From Candidatus Saccharimonadales bacterium (GTDB lineage Bacteria > Patescibacteriota > Saccharimonadia > Saccharimonadales > JAYRRP01): a DNA stretch of 64,000 nt. Below the pieces are notes generated by a model. It ran no database searches. It was not told the DNA's origin and saw only the letters and a list, made by a program, of their open reading frames with translations. The translations under genes were made by a program, and so were the position numbers. Location: assembly GCA_041910055.1 (NCBI GenBank), contig JAYRRP010000003.1, forward strand, positions 173,973-237,972. Direction: 5' to 3'. This document shows, piece after piece, positions 1 through 10,260 of this stretch (position 1 is its first letter; the number at the start of each line of letters is the position of its first letter).

Positions 1-2
1 GC

Positions 3-1049
<1,047 letters not shown>

Positions 1050-1050
1050 C

Positions 1051-1632
1051 ATGGCCGAATTTAATCCTAACAATCACCAAAAATTAGCGGTCCACGAAAC
1101 AAAAATTCCTGGTCTGCTTGAAATTGATCTCGCAGTGCATGGCGATAACCGCGGCTGGTTCAAGGAAAACTACCAACAGCAGAAACTTCAGGACTTAGGC
1201 TTGCCGGCCGATTTTGAGGTAGTACAAAACAATATTTCGTTTAACGAAAAGGCTGGTGTTACCCGAGGAATACACGCTGAGCCCTGGGAAAAATTCATAT
1301 CCATTGGCTTTGGCAGAGTCTTTGCGGCAATCGTAGATTTCCGGCAAGGTGATAACTTTGGTGCATTAGAAACTTTTGAGCTGCACCCCGGGAAAGCTAT
1401 ATTCGTGCCGCGGGGCTGTGGTAACTCTTTCCAAACCTTGGAACCTAATACAGTCTATACATATCTCGTGAACGAACACTGGTATCCTGAGGCACAATAT
1501 ACGCTGGTGAACCTGGCTGACGAGCAACTTGGTATCAACTGGCCTATTCCGCTCAATCAAGCTGAAGTATCCGAAAAAGACCGCAATCATCCCCTGCTCG
1601 CACAAATAAAGCCAATGAGTTCTGACTCGTGA
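1051..1632 (+). CDS. rfbC: dTDP-4-dehydrorhamnose 3,5-epimerase
   Basis: This 193-aa cupin-type RmlC carries DNRGWF...ENY and RGIHAEPW motifs. A GGAGG RBS sits just upstream, and the gene lies between rfbB and rfbD. Confidence 0.9.
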   Translation: MAEFNPNNHQKLAVHETKIPGLLEIDLAVHGDNRGWFKENYQQQKLQDLGLPADFEVVQNNISFNEKAGVTRGIHAEPWEKFISIGFGRVFAAIVDFRQGDNFGALETFELHPGKAIFVPRGCGNSFQTLEPNTVYTYLVNEHWYPEAQYTLVNLADEQLGINWPIPLNQAEVSEKDRNHPLLAQIKPMSSDS

Positions 1633-2486
1633 ATCAAAAACGAATACTTATACTCGGTGCCAACGGCCAACTAGGTAGAGCACTGCAAGCCAAATATCCT
1701 GATGCCCGCACAGCAGATATTCAGGAGCTGGATATTAGCGACCCTCAATCTGTTGCTGCATATGATTGGAGCGCGATTGATACTATCCTCAACGCCGCTG
1801 CTTACACAAATGTTGACGGCGCGGAAACCCCAGAAGGAAGGTTAACTGCCTGGCAGGTCAATGCGGTAGCTGTCTCCTACCTTGCAAAAGCCGCCTCAGC
1901 GCACAAGCTTACACTCGTGCATATATCAACCGATTACGTATTTGACGGCACACGAAACCCTCACACAGAAGACGAGCCATTTTCGCCACTTAGTGTATAC
2001 GGCACAAGCAAAGCTGCCGGTGACTTAGCTGCTTCCACAGTGCCTAATCATTACATTCTGCGCACCTCGTGGGTTATTGGTGAAGGCAAAAACTTTGTCC
2101 GCACGATGCTTGATATTGGTGCCAAAGGGATATCGCCAAAGGTGGTCAATGACCAAATTGGCCGTCTGACCTTCACATCCGAACTTGTTCGAGCCATTGA
2201 CCATCTACTCACGCACAAGGCTGATGCAGGTACATACAATGTATCAAACAGCGGTAAGCCAGCTTCTTGGGCAGAGATTACAAGAATAATTTTTCAGCTG
2301 GCTGGGTATCACCAGTTATCAGTTACCGATACTTCTACTGACGAGTATTTTGCCGGCAAGGATAATATCGCTCCGCGCCCTCTCCAGAGTACGCTTGACC
2401 TGAACAAAATACACCAAACCGGCTTTGAGAGTCATAATTGGCACGAGGATCTACAAAAATATATCACTAGTCTAAAAGACCTTTAG
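1629..2486 (+). CDS. rfbD: dTDP-4-dehydrorhamnose reductase
   Basis: The GTG start overlaps the rfbC stop (GTGA). The protein has an ILGANGQLG nucleotide-binding N-terminus, a YGTSKAAGD (YxxxK) motif and RmlD length (285 aa). Confidence 0.9.
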   Translation: MNQKRILILGANGQLGRALQAKYPDARTADIQELDISDPQSVAAYDWSAIDTILNAAAYTNVDGAETPEGRLTAWQVNAVAVSYLAKAASAHKLTLVHISTDYVFDGTRNPHTEDEPFSPLSVYGTSKAAGDLAASTVPNHYILRTSWVIGEGKNFVRTMLDIGAKGISPKVVNDQIGRLTFTSELVRAIDHLLTHKADAGTYNVSNSGKPASWAEITRIIFQLAGYHQLSVTDTSTDEYFAGKDNIAPRPLQSTLDLNKIHQTGFESHNWHEDLQKYITSLKDL

Positions 2487-4175
2487 TGGCACGCGGCCAA
2501 TAAGATCAGCGCCCGATGTCCAAAGACCCCCTGCGGTAGTTTGCCAAGTAGAGCTGATATAGCCGGCGCTATTAGGCCCATATTGAGAAGCAGTATTGTT
2601 ATAGCTTGCTTTTAGCATACTTGGAGTTCCTGTGGCGCTACCACCAATAGGAGAAGAGTACCAACCGCTGCCGACCGCCCATTGCCAACTAGTCATCAGT
2701 TGTCCATTCTCCGCCACATAATAAATACTCATCTCACCGCTATCTTCAATAGTTACTGTTACACCCGAATTTGTCCGTACAGTATTCATTGGTACCCACG
2801 GTCGCCACGTACTGCCTGGTGCCCACTGCCAAGTATGGGAAATTCCTCCGCTTGCATCGCGGGCAAAAACAACACCAATGCCTGATTTATTCATTATAAA
2901 ACTGGGAGAACTTGTTAGGTTGCCTCCTAAGGCTGTCCACGGTGCCCAGCCTCCACCTGGTGTGGTCTGCCAGGTTGTCCATAGTTGGTTATCCGAGCCA
3001 CGCACAAATGCCCCTAATGACCCGTCAGTGGCGCGCATCACTTCTGGGTCACCAGCAAAGTTACCGCCTAAGCTGTACCACGGTGTCCAGGTACTGCCAA
3101 TCTGCGGCTGCCAGGAATGAATGAGTTCACCGCGAGAGTTGCGGGCAAACAGCACACTGGAACCCATAATTGTTTTGTTTACTTCTAGGTTGCTTGCGAT
3201 GTCACCACCCAGATCTGCCCATAGCCATGTGCCGCTGCCCATTTCTGGTTGCCAGGCAGTATAGGCGTGATTATCCACACCACGAGCAAAGATAGCCTGT
3301 GCGCCGTTGCTCTCATTCACTAGTGCAATGGGTGCCCCGACTATCCGGATATCACCAAGTGGTACCCAGCCTTCCCAGCTACTGCCCGGTGAATTTTGCC
3401 AAGAAGTGTATACACGACCATCTGCGCCGCGCGTATAGGCCGCGCCCGTGCTGTTGGCACTCATGACTGTTGCCACTAAAGGCTGGCCATCCGGACACCC
3501 ATCTACACTGCCGGCAATACGGGGACATTTATCGACTGCGTCTGGAACCCGATCACCATCCGAATCTGCTACCGGCTCACTACTACCAGTGTATTTATTT
3601 ATTCCTAAGCCATCAAAATCCACGTAAATGTCGGCCCGTAAACGAGCACGTGTACCATAGTTACCATCCATGCCGTGGTTATATTCGCTCACATTCACCG
3701 TGCCGTCTGCGTTTACACTTTCAACGAAAGCCACATGTCCACTGTTCCAGACTGCAGCATTGCCGGGCTCTGGTATAGCAGTTGTTCTATATCCTTTCGC
3801 CGCCGCGTAGTCATCCCACGTTCCAGCGTTCCCTAATCCGGTCGGGCTTTTACCGAGGTAACTCTGCACTTTCCAGGCAACCCAATCGGTGCAGTTCCGA
3901 AATCCATAGCCACGCGGAGAATTTTCAACTTTCGTAGTTAGATTACCCCACCGGTAACCACTGCACCAATATCCCGTCCCTGTGGTTTTCCCATAAGAAG
4001 AACCAGTTGTGATGCAGGGCATGTTCCAGTCAGGGTATCCACCAGTATCTGCCGCTCTTGTTTTCGGCATATTTGCCATATTTACTACCGTCAAGGCAAT
4101 TGCGGTCATTAGCAAGAAAGTTATAAATAGGCGGCAGGATATTGCAAAAGATTTAGGAGAATCGTTGGTCGCCAA
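2472..4175 (-). CDS. Secreted or anchored CHAP-domain cell-wall hydrolase fused to a seven-repeat W-rich beta-propeller (lectin-like)
   Basis: There is an N-terminal hydrophobic signal/anchor (LFITFLLMTAIALTVV). The CHAP catalytic Cys context is FRNCTDWVAW and the His context is GHVAFVESV. One thrombospondin-type-3-like Ca motif is present (DSDGDRVPDAVDKCP). Seven repeats of ~45-50 aa follow, each with a [ST/H][STA]WQ...W..W core. The start (TTG at 4175) is uncertain. Confidence 0.7.
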   Translation of the reverse strand: MATNDSPKSFAISCRLFITFLLMTAIALTVVNMANMPKTRAADTGGYPDWNMPCITTGSSYGKTTGTGYWCSGYRWGNLTTKVENSPRGYGFRNCTDWVAWKVQSYLGKSPTGLGNAGTWDDYAAAKGYRTTAIPEPGNAAVWNSGHVAFVESVNADGTVNVSEYNHGMDGNYGTRARLRADIYVDFDGLGINKYTGSSEPVADSDGDRVPDAVDKCPRIAGSVDGCPDGQPLVATVMSANSTGAAYTRGADGRVYTSWQNSPGSSWEGWVPLGDIRIVGAPIALVNESNGAQAIFARGVDNHAYTAWQPEMGSGTWLWADLGGDIASNLEVNKTIMGSSVLFARNSRGELIHSWQPQIGSTWTPWYSLGGNFAGDPEVMRATDGSLGAFVRGSDNQLWTTWQTTPGGGWAPWTALGGNLTSSPSFIMNKSGIGVVFARDASGGISHTWQWAPGSTWRPWVPMNTVRTNSGVTVTIEDSGEMSIYYVAENGQLMTSWQWAVGSGWYSSPIGGSATGTPSMLKASYNNTASQYGPNSAGYISSTWQTTAGGLWTSGADLIGRVPLKVF

Positions 4176-4360
4176 ATCAAAATCCTATCCCCCACCAGTA
4201 ATTGTTACCTCTCCACTCACTACGATCGATGGCCAGTATAGTCAGCATGGCAAAGTCTATGCAAGCACAGCCGTTTTTCTTCTGTGGAAGCAATGTGGAA
4301 AAGCTGTGTACAGACGCCACCTACTGGACTTGAGGAAGGGCTCTCTGTACTATTTATACT

Positions 4361-5221
4361 GTGAAAGGTATCATCCTCGCCGGTGGATCAGGCACACGAC
4401 TGTATCCTATTACCAAGGCAATCTCCAAACAGCTCATACCAATTTACGACAAGCCAATGGTCTACTATCCACTGAGCACCCTTATGAGCGCAGGAATTCG
4501 CGAGATTCTCATTATCACCACTCCCCACGATCAAGCTCAATTTCAAAGACTGCTCGGTGATGGATCCGATTGGGGCATACACCTCACCTATGCTGCCCAA
4601 CCCAGACCCGAAGGTCTTGCTCAAGCCTTTCTTATCGGAGAAGAGTTTATTGGTAATGACAAAGTTGCACTTGTTCTTGGGGATAATATTTTCTACGGTC
4701 ATACATTCAGTGAGAGTTTAGAGGAATGTACTGACCCAGATGGTGCCGTGATATTTGCCTACCAAGTATCTGATCCGGAACGTTATGGCGTCGTAGAATT
4801 CGATGAAAATATGCAGGCTCGATCTATTGAGGAAAAGCCCAATTCTCCGAAATCTAATTACGCAGTTACTGGATTGTACTTCTACGATAACGATGTGGTT
4901 GAGATTGCTAAGAACGTCACTCCCAGTGGACGAGGTGAGCTAGAAATAACAAGCGTCAATGAAGCTTACCTACACCGTGGCAAGTTGAAGGTACAGGTTA
5001 TGGATCGCGGTTCAGCCTGGCTTGACACTGGTACATTCGGCTCAATGAGTGACGCCGGCGAATACATTCGCGTGATTGAAAAACGGACAGGCCTTAAAAT
5101 TGGCTGTCCCGAAGAAGCCGCTTACCAACGTGGGTTCATCAGTAAAGAAAAGCTCATTGAGATTGCAGGACCTCTAGAAAAAAGCGGCTACGGCAAATAC
5201 CTTACAAAATTACAAATTTAG
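4361..5221 (+). CDS. rfbA: Glucose-1-phosphate thymidylyltransferase
   Basis: A GTG start gives the canonical RmlA N-terminus [18 protein letters not shown]. Family similarity runs the full length (286 aa). Confidence 0.92.
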   Translation: MKGIILAGGSGTRLYPITKAISKQLIPIYDKPMVYYPLSTLMSAGIREILIITTPHDQAQFQRLLGDGSDWGIHLTYAAQPRPEGLAQAFLIGEEFIGNDKVALVLGDNIFYGHTFSESLEECTDPDGAVIFAYQVSDPERYGVVEFDENMQARSIEEKPNSPKSNYAVTGLYFYDNDVVEIAKNVTPSGRGELEITSVNEAYLHRGKLKVQVMDRGSAWLDTGTFGSMSDAGEYIRVIEKRTGLKIGCPEEAAYQRGFISKEKLIEIAGPLEKSGYGKYLTKLQI

Positions 5222-5224
5222 TTT

Positions 5225-5665
5225 TTATTGTATGACTAAACCCTCAAGTTCACCTTGATTGGGTCTCTTTGAAAAAATAACAAATCGGAATAACAGAAAA
5301 TTCCACGCAGCAATAAGTGCCGTTACAAAGCCTTTCGCAAGACCAATTTTAAGTGTTCCGGATCCTACAATTAATTGCATTAATACGCCAGTAACAATTA
5401 AGTTGAATAAACTTAAAAACATATACATACTTACTTGGGCTTTCATGCTGAAGCGATCATGCACCGAGTGATTAAATACATGCTTTCTGTTAACGGGAAA
5501 GTTAAAGAAAAAAGCCGACAAAAAGCCGATAGTACCCGCAAGGAATGGCGGTGCATGAAAGAAATTATACAAAGATGTTGTCACAAGTAAATCAATCAAA
5601 AAAGAAATACCACCGACAACCCCGAATAAAAAGAGTTGCTTTACAATCTTTGAACGCCTTCCCAT
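5225..5665 (-). CDS. GtrA-family small polytopic membrane protein (putative polyprenol-P-sugar flippase component)
   Basis: The protein is 146 aa with four predicted hydrophobic helices and GtrA-like size and pattern (FLLFRFVIF C-terminus). It is divergently paired with a GtrB-like GT2. Confidence 0.65.
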   Translation of the reverse strand: MGRRSKIVKQLFLFGVVGGISFLIDLLVTTSLYNFFHAPPFLAGTIGFLSAFFFNFPVNRKHVFNHSVHDRFSMKAQVSMYMFLSLFNLIVTGVLMQLIVGSGTLKIGLAKGFVTALIAAWNFLLFRFVIFSKRPNQGELEGLVIQ

Positions 5666-5719
5666 TTGTCTTATTATAGTAAACGATGACTCAATTAATA
5701 AGTTTTGTGGGATTAAATA

Positions 5720-6664
5720 GTGTATAGAAACCTACGTATTGCAGTTGTAATACCATGTTACAACGAAGAGAAACTCATTAAAAAAACTGTAGATACGTTG
5801 CCTAAAGAGGTCGACCATATTATTGCTGTCAACGATGCAAGTAAGGATAATACTCTGCAGAGACTAAAGACGATCGCAAAATCAAATAAAAAAGTAGTCG
5901 TACTTAACAATGAACGGAATGGTGGTATTGGCTATTCACTCATGCAAGGCTATCAATACGCACTTGAGCACACACAGTCTGATGCAATCGGCATTGTTGC
6001 AGGAGACGCACAATGTGATCCCAAATATATACTGCCTATGCTAGATGTCATGTCTGATGAAAAACTTGACTATATTAAAGCAAACCGGTTTTTTCATCGT
6101 GACGCCTTAAAAGCTATGCCGACTTACCGAAAGATTGGCAATATTTTTATCTCTCTTTTAACGAAATTCTCAACAGGATACTACACAATATCCGACACAC
6201 AGAATGGTTATGGATTTCTCAGTCGGCACATATTGCAAACAGTAAACTATTCATTTGTGAAAGAACGGTACGATTATGAAAATACTATGCTTGTAGCACT
6301 TTCTATTGCAGGAGCAAAAATAAAAGACCACCCGGTACCAGCGATTTATGGTGACGAAACCTCAACTATCAACTTTATGCCTACTGCAATTAGGGCACTA
6401 CGAGCAGTCTGGGTAGGTTTCTGGAGACGTATATACTATAAATACATACTTTATAGCTTCCATCCAATCGCCTTATTCCTTTTTGGAGGCTTGTTTTTGT
6501 TTGGAGGTGGACTAATAGCTGGGGTTCTTCTAATTGTGGATCGCCTACTAACTGGTGTATCTCCAAGCACAGGCACAGTAATGCTTGTAGCTATCCCTCT
6601 CCTTGTAGGTTTTCAACTACTGTTGACCGCTATTACCATGGATATGAATAATGAGGGAAGATAG
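5720..6664 (+). CDS. Family-2 glycosyltransferase with C-terminal TM helices (GtrB/CsbB/DPM1-like polyprenol-phosphate sugar synthase)
   Basis: It starts with GTG. The N-terminus IAVVIPCYNEE...VNDASKDNT is a GT-A motif. Two C-terminal hydrophobic helices match GtrB-like enzymes. Confidence 0.75.
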   Translation: MYRNLRIAVVIPCYNEEKLIKKTVDTLPKEVDHIIAVNDASKDNTLQRLKTIAKSNKKVVVLNNERNGGIGYSLMQGYQYALEHTQSDAIGIVAGDAQCDPKYILPMLDVMSDEKLDYIKANRFFHRDALKAMPTYRKIGNIFISLLTKFSTGYYTISDTQNGYGFLSRHILQTVNYSFVKERYDYENTMLVALSIAGAKIKDHPVPAIYGDETSTINFMPTAIRALRAVWVGFWRRIYYKYILYSFHPIALFLFGGLFLFGGGLIAGVLLIVDRLLTGVSPSTGTVMLVAIPLLVGFQLLLTAITMDMNNEGR

Positions 6665-7297
6665 CTAGGCCAGTAGCTTTGGCAATTCAGCTACAGTTCC
6701 TATAATGTAGTCAGCCTCAAGATTGCTGAGTATATCTTTATTACGAATCCCCGATAGAACTCCCACAGTTATAAGCCCGAGTTGTTTGCCGGCTATAATA
6801 TCAGATTCGGTGTCGCCAACAATCATTGAGTGTTCTCCTACAGTGATATCTTTTATTAGTCTTTTCTTTAATTCGAATCCTTCTTTCTGTGTATGACCAG
6901 AGATAACTTTTGTAAAATAAGATTTTAAGCCAAGCTCTTCGACTTCCTGTTGAAAAACACGGCTATTGCGTCGAAGACTAACAAGAAAAAGTTGGTGTCT
7001 TTTCGACCCTAGTTCGATTAGTGTCTTATCGACACCCGGAATAAGTTGATCAAGCTTAGTCATCTCAGCGGTTTCAATATTATTGATAAAATTATTCATA
7101 AATATTTTCCTCGCTGACTTCGCAATCCTGCTTCGGTCTAATATGTCCTCCCATGGTGTATTGGACCGCTTCATGCTCCAATAGATATTTCTATCTAAGA
7201 TGTCACCGTTACTTTTCTTGCAGCACAATCTATAAACTGTGTAGTGTTTTTCAGAAATATCTATAAGTGTGCCGTCTAGATCAAAGATTATTTTCAT
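6665..7297 (-). CDS. HAD-superfamily phosphatase
   Basis: Motif I is IIFDLDGTLID, and motif IV-like is MIVGDTESDIIAG. It is the last gene of the minus-strand sugar-modification operon. Confidence 0.75.
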   Translation of the reverse strand: MKIIFDLDGTLIDISEKHYTVYRLCCKKSNGDILDRNIYWSMKRSNTPWEDILDRSRIAKSARKIFMNNFINNIETAEMTKLDQLIPGVDKTLIELGSKRHQLFLVSLRRNSRVFQQEVEELGLKSYFTKVISGHTQKEGFELKKRLIKDITVGEHSMIVGDTESDIIAGKQLGLITVGVLSGIRNKDILSNLEADYIIGTVAELPKLLA

Positions 7298-8186
7298 GCT
7301 TTAGCCAATTTATGTAATTCTTTATACCCTCATCAAATGGAGTTAGTTGTTTTATTAAACCCAGAGTTCTTGCTTTTTCTATTTCAAGTGTATTATCAGG
7401 GGGAATACCTTCATTAAGTGGTTCACTAAATAATACGGCTGGATGATGAGTTGTCAGCTTTTTGACTGCCGAAGATATTGTTTCTCCTACCTCCTGAATT
7501 GATATCGCCTCACCACTTCCGACGTTTATGTCCTCTGAACCAGAGAAATCAGTATTCAGCAGTGCCCTAATAGTATTTACAAAATCATCAATATATAAAT
7601 AGTCACGCTTCGTAGACTTGGCATTAAGTGTAATATCTCCGCCGACAAGTGCTTTTTTACTAACATTTGGTATAAGACCAGGAGTATTCTGTCCGGGGCC
7701 ATAGATCGATGCCAAGCGTAGGTTGAGTACTTGAATTGATCCTGAATATTGCTTTAGGTATACCTCTGTGGCCTTTTTACTTTCACCGTACGGAGTTGAG
7801 GGCAGGAGAGGGGTGTTTGCTTCGTTATAAGGAGGGCTGCTTGTGTTGTCATAGACAACCCAGCCTGATATAAAAATAAGTTTATTGATCTTTAGGAAAT
7901 GACAAAGTCTTAGTACATTCTTAGCCATTTTAATATCTTGTGAATAATCAGGATTAGCGCCCCACGGTGTTATCGCAGCACAATGAATAAACGCTTCGGG
8001 CAATGATGTACTATTTTTCTCTTTTGCAATAAAAGCATCAACTTGGTTGACATCAGTAATATCGAGCTCAATCTGCTCAAATATTGAATTTGGCATATGT
8101 TGACGAACAATACCTTTTGATGATTTGGGCATTGAGTTAGCAATAGCCTTTCCTAAAAAACCGGAGGCTCCGCTGATAAGTATCAT
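7281..8186 (-). CDS. NAD-dependent epimerase/dehydratase (SDR) family protein
   Basis: The N-terminus is ILISGASGFLGKA and a YGESKKATE (YxxxK) motif is present. It has 4-nt overlaps with its neighbours. Confidence 0.75.
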   Translation of the reverse strand: MILISGASGFLGKAIANSMPKSSKGIVRQHMPNSIFEQIELDITDVNQVDAFIAKEKNSTSLPEAFIHCAAITPWGANPDYSQDIKMAKNVLRLCHFLKINKLIFISGWVVYDNTSSPPYNEANTPLLPSTPYGESKKATEVYLKQYSGSIQVLNLRLASIYGPGQNTPGLIPNVSKKALVGGDITLNAKSTKRDYLYIDDFVNTIRALLNTDFSGSEDINVGSGEAISIQEVGETISSAVKKLTTHHPAVLFSEPLNEGIPPDNTLEIEKARTLGLIKQLTPFDEGIKNYINWLKHENNL

Positions 8187-9256
8187 GATAGGTGCTTTTT
8201 AAGTTCTTGTAGTTTCTTTACTTCGTTTTCAATTTCATTAGCCGACGCCAAGATAGGTTCAAAATCCATTCCACGTATCCAAATCATATGATTAGGTGCA
8301 GGGTTAAATTTTTGCTTGATTTTAGGTAACTCTTCACCAAATGCTAACTTAGTGAATACGAAAGGCATATTTACCCCTAGCTCAGTAAAGAACTGATGCG
8401 TGGTGAAGAAACGACCGATATTTATCTCGGTAGGGTTGGGAATACCAGCCTTATCATATGTAAGATCCACACCAAATAAACCCTCTGGCTTGTCATCGAT
8501 TGCTTTCACGGCTTTTTGCGCAATTTCATCCAATACAGGATCGGATACAGTCTCCCCGCCTCCTGTGGCTCCGGTAACTCCAGACGGTGAAAGTTTAGAA
8601 AGCTCCCAATATAGACGACGACGGCCTTGGGCAAGCACTAATTCCCCTTTGTGCCATATAGACATCCAGGTAATTGTATCTTTCTCCAGCAACTCAGAAG
8701 CAGTGAAAGTTCCGTCCCATCCGTTCTGGAAATCTAGCCATTTGATAGCAGTTTCCATATCGTGTACAGGCAGAGAGCCTCGGCCACCTGCTCCAGTAGT
8801 AGCACGGATCCAAAGCTTTCCATCGTTTGTAGCAAAGGCTTTTTCGAGATCCTTTTTAGTATTTATAATTCTCGTATCTGGCACCTTGATACCTGCTGCT
8901 TCCCACTTTTCAAACGACAAAAACTTATCCTGGCAAATACGCACTGTCTTTTTTGATGGAAGTAACACCCTTGCTTTAATCTTGTCGCGATTCTCACTTA
9001 GAAAATTTACCTCAACATCATTCTGCGCATGAACAAATTCAATCTTGTTGTCCTCAATAATCTTATTAAGCACCTTTATATAAAGAGGATCTCTTGCCAA
9101 AGGAACAAGGTAACGCTTATCAGTCTCTGCTCGCATTAAGTAATATTTATCAGCATCTGTTCCAACAATATAGAAATTTTCTGGCGCCCTGCGCAGTGAC
9201 CTAATAAAGTTTGCAGAAGGAGAGCCGCCTGCACCTGTAACTAAAATCCGCTTCAT
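8183..9256 (-). CDS. ATP-grasp ligase (carbamoyl-phosphate-synthase-like fold)
   Basis: The protein is 357 aa. It has an N-terminal pre-ATP-grasp Rossmann-like region (ILVTGAGGSPS), a central glycine-rich loop (ATTGAGGRGS) and a C-terminal EINIGRF segment typical of ATP-grasp enzymes. Confidence 0.65.
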   Translation of the reverse strand: MKRILVTGAGGSPSANFIRSLRRAPENFYIVGTDADKYYLMRAETDKRYLVPLARDPLYIKVLNKIIEDNKIEFVHAQNDVEVNFLSENRDKIKARVLLPSKKTVRICQDKFLSFEKWEAAGIKVPDTRIINTKKDLEKAFATNDGKLWIRATTGAGGRGSLPVHDMETAIKWLDFQNGWDGTFTASELLEKDTITWMSIWHKGELVLAQGRRRLYWELSKLSPSGVTGATGGGETVSDPVLDEIAQKAVKAIDDKPEGLFGVDLTYDKAGIPNPTEINIGRFFTTHQFFTELGVNMPFVFTKLAFGEELPKIKQKFNPAPNHMIWIRGMDFEPILASANEIENEVKKLQELKKHLS

Positions 9257-10260
9257 ACTTTCTTCTCCATTTTCTCAAATCCTAACTTATATTTTTCCAC
9301 TGCCTTTAATGCAGCTTGCAAAGCTTCTCGTGCATCTATTGGACTTACTATTTTCGCCTGTGGCTTGTCATTAATCGCATCAAGAAAATTTTGGAGCTCA
9401 ATTAAAAGCGGTTCTTGAATCTTTACTACAATATCGTGTTTCTTCGGCTCTCCGAGTGCATGTATGAAATTCTCAAACCCATTATTGACTCGTTTCATAT
9501 TATGTTCATAGTAAGTCAACTCCTGAGTAAGGTAGTTACCTTCTATATAGCCCTTTGAACCTGTAACTGAAATTGTTCTAATTTTTACCGGGGTAATCCA
9601 ATTTGCTTGCACAAAGCCAGAAGCACTTCCATAATCAATGAATATCTCAGCGGCATCAATTTCATTCGAGTGCAATGTGCGTGACCCGTGGCTATAAATT
9701 AACTTTGGATGCTGACCCAACAAGTAGCTCATTATATCAATATCGTGAACTGCGAGATCAATAATGACATCTGTTTTTGGTTCGCGTATAGGAAACCCTC
9801 CTACGCGTTTGCAGTTTATTGCAGTAATTTTGCCTACTTTCTTATTGCCAACCAGCTCTTTAAGCTTTACGATAAGCGGATTAAATCTCTCTATGTGACC
9901 TACTGTGAGAATAACTTTGTTCTTTTCTGCTAATGCCACAAGTCTATCAGCCTCGTGAACGGTGCTCGCAATTGGTTTCTCTATCAAGCAGTGTATGCCT
10001 CTTGCTAAGAGGTCGCTGCCAATGGAGAAATGGTAGGGTGTAGGTACAACAATAGATACTGCTTGAGGTCTTTCCTGCTCTATTAAGGTACTATAATCTT
10101 TGTAGTAAGAAATCCCATATTCATCTGCTAGTTTTTGTGTAGCTGGATTAACGTCTGCTACTGCTGTCAGCTTCGCGTCTTTTAACTTGCTATAGGTCCG
10201 GATATGGTTTTTACCCATATTTCCTGCTCCAATAACCGCAATTTTTATTGGTTCAACCAT
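9253..10260 (-). CDS. Gfo/Idh/MocA-family NAD(P)-dependent sugar oxidoreductase
   Basis: It has a KIAVIGAGNMGKNH Rossmann motif and an EKP motif (LIEKPIA). Length and layout fit WbpB/NtdC-like dehydrogenases. Confidence 0.85.
   Translation of the reverse strand: MVEPIKIAVIGAGNMGKNHIRTYSKLKDAKLTAVADVNPATQKLADEYGISYYKDYSTLIEQERPQAVSIVVPTPYHFSIGSDLLARGIHCLIEKPIASTVHEADRLVALAEKNKVILTVGHIERFNPLIVKLKELVGNKKVGKITAINCKRVGGFPIREPKTDVIIDLAVHDIDIMSYLLGQHPKLIYSHGSRTLHSNEIDAAEIFIDYGSASGFVQANWITPVKIRTISVTGSKGYIEGNYLTQELTYYEHNMKRVNNGFENFIHALGEPKKHDIVVKIQEPLLIELQNFLDAINDKPQAKIVSPIDAREALQAALKAVEKYKLGFEKMEKKV

Noticed and set aside
4009-4560. A 183-aa plus-strand ORF spanning the CHAP gene start, the intergenic region and the rfbA 5' end
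   Set aside because: It overlaps two well-supported genes in other frames or strands, and it lacks motifs.
8400-9032. A 210-aa plus-strand ORF (and the smaller ORF at 8762-8956) inside the ATP-grasp gene
   Set aside because: It is fully nested antisense to a well-supported minus-strand gene. The sequence is Ser/Pro-rich and low-complexity, with no motifs or RBS, which is typical of a shadow ORF.
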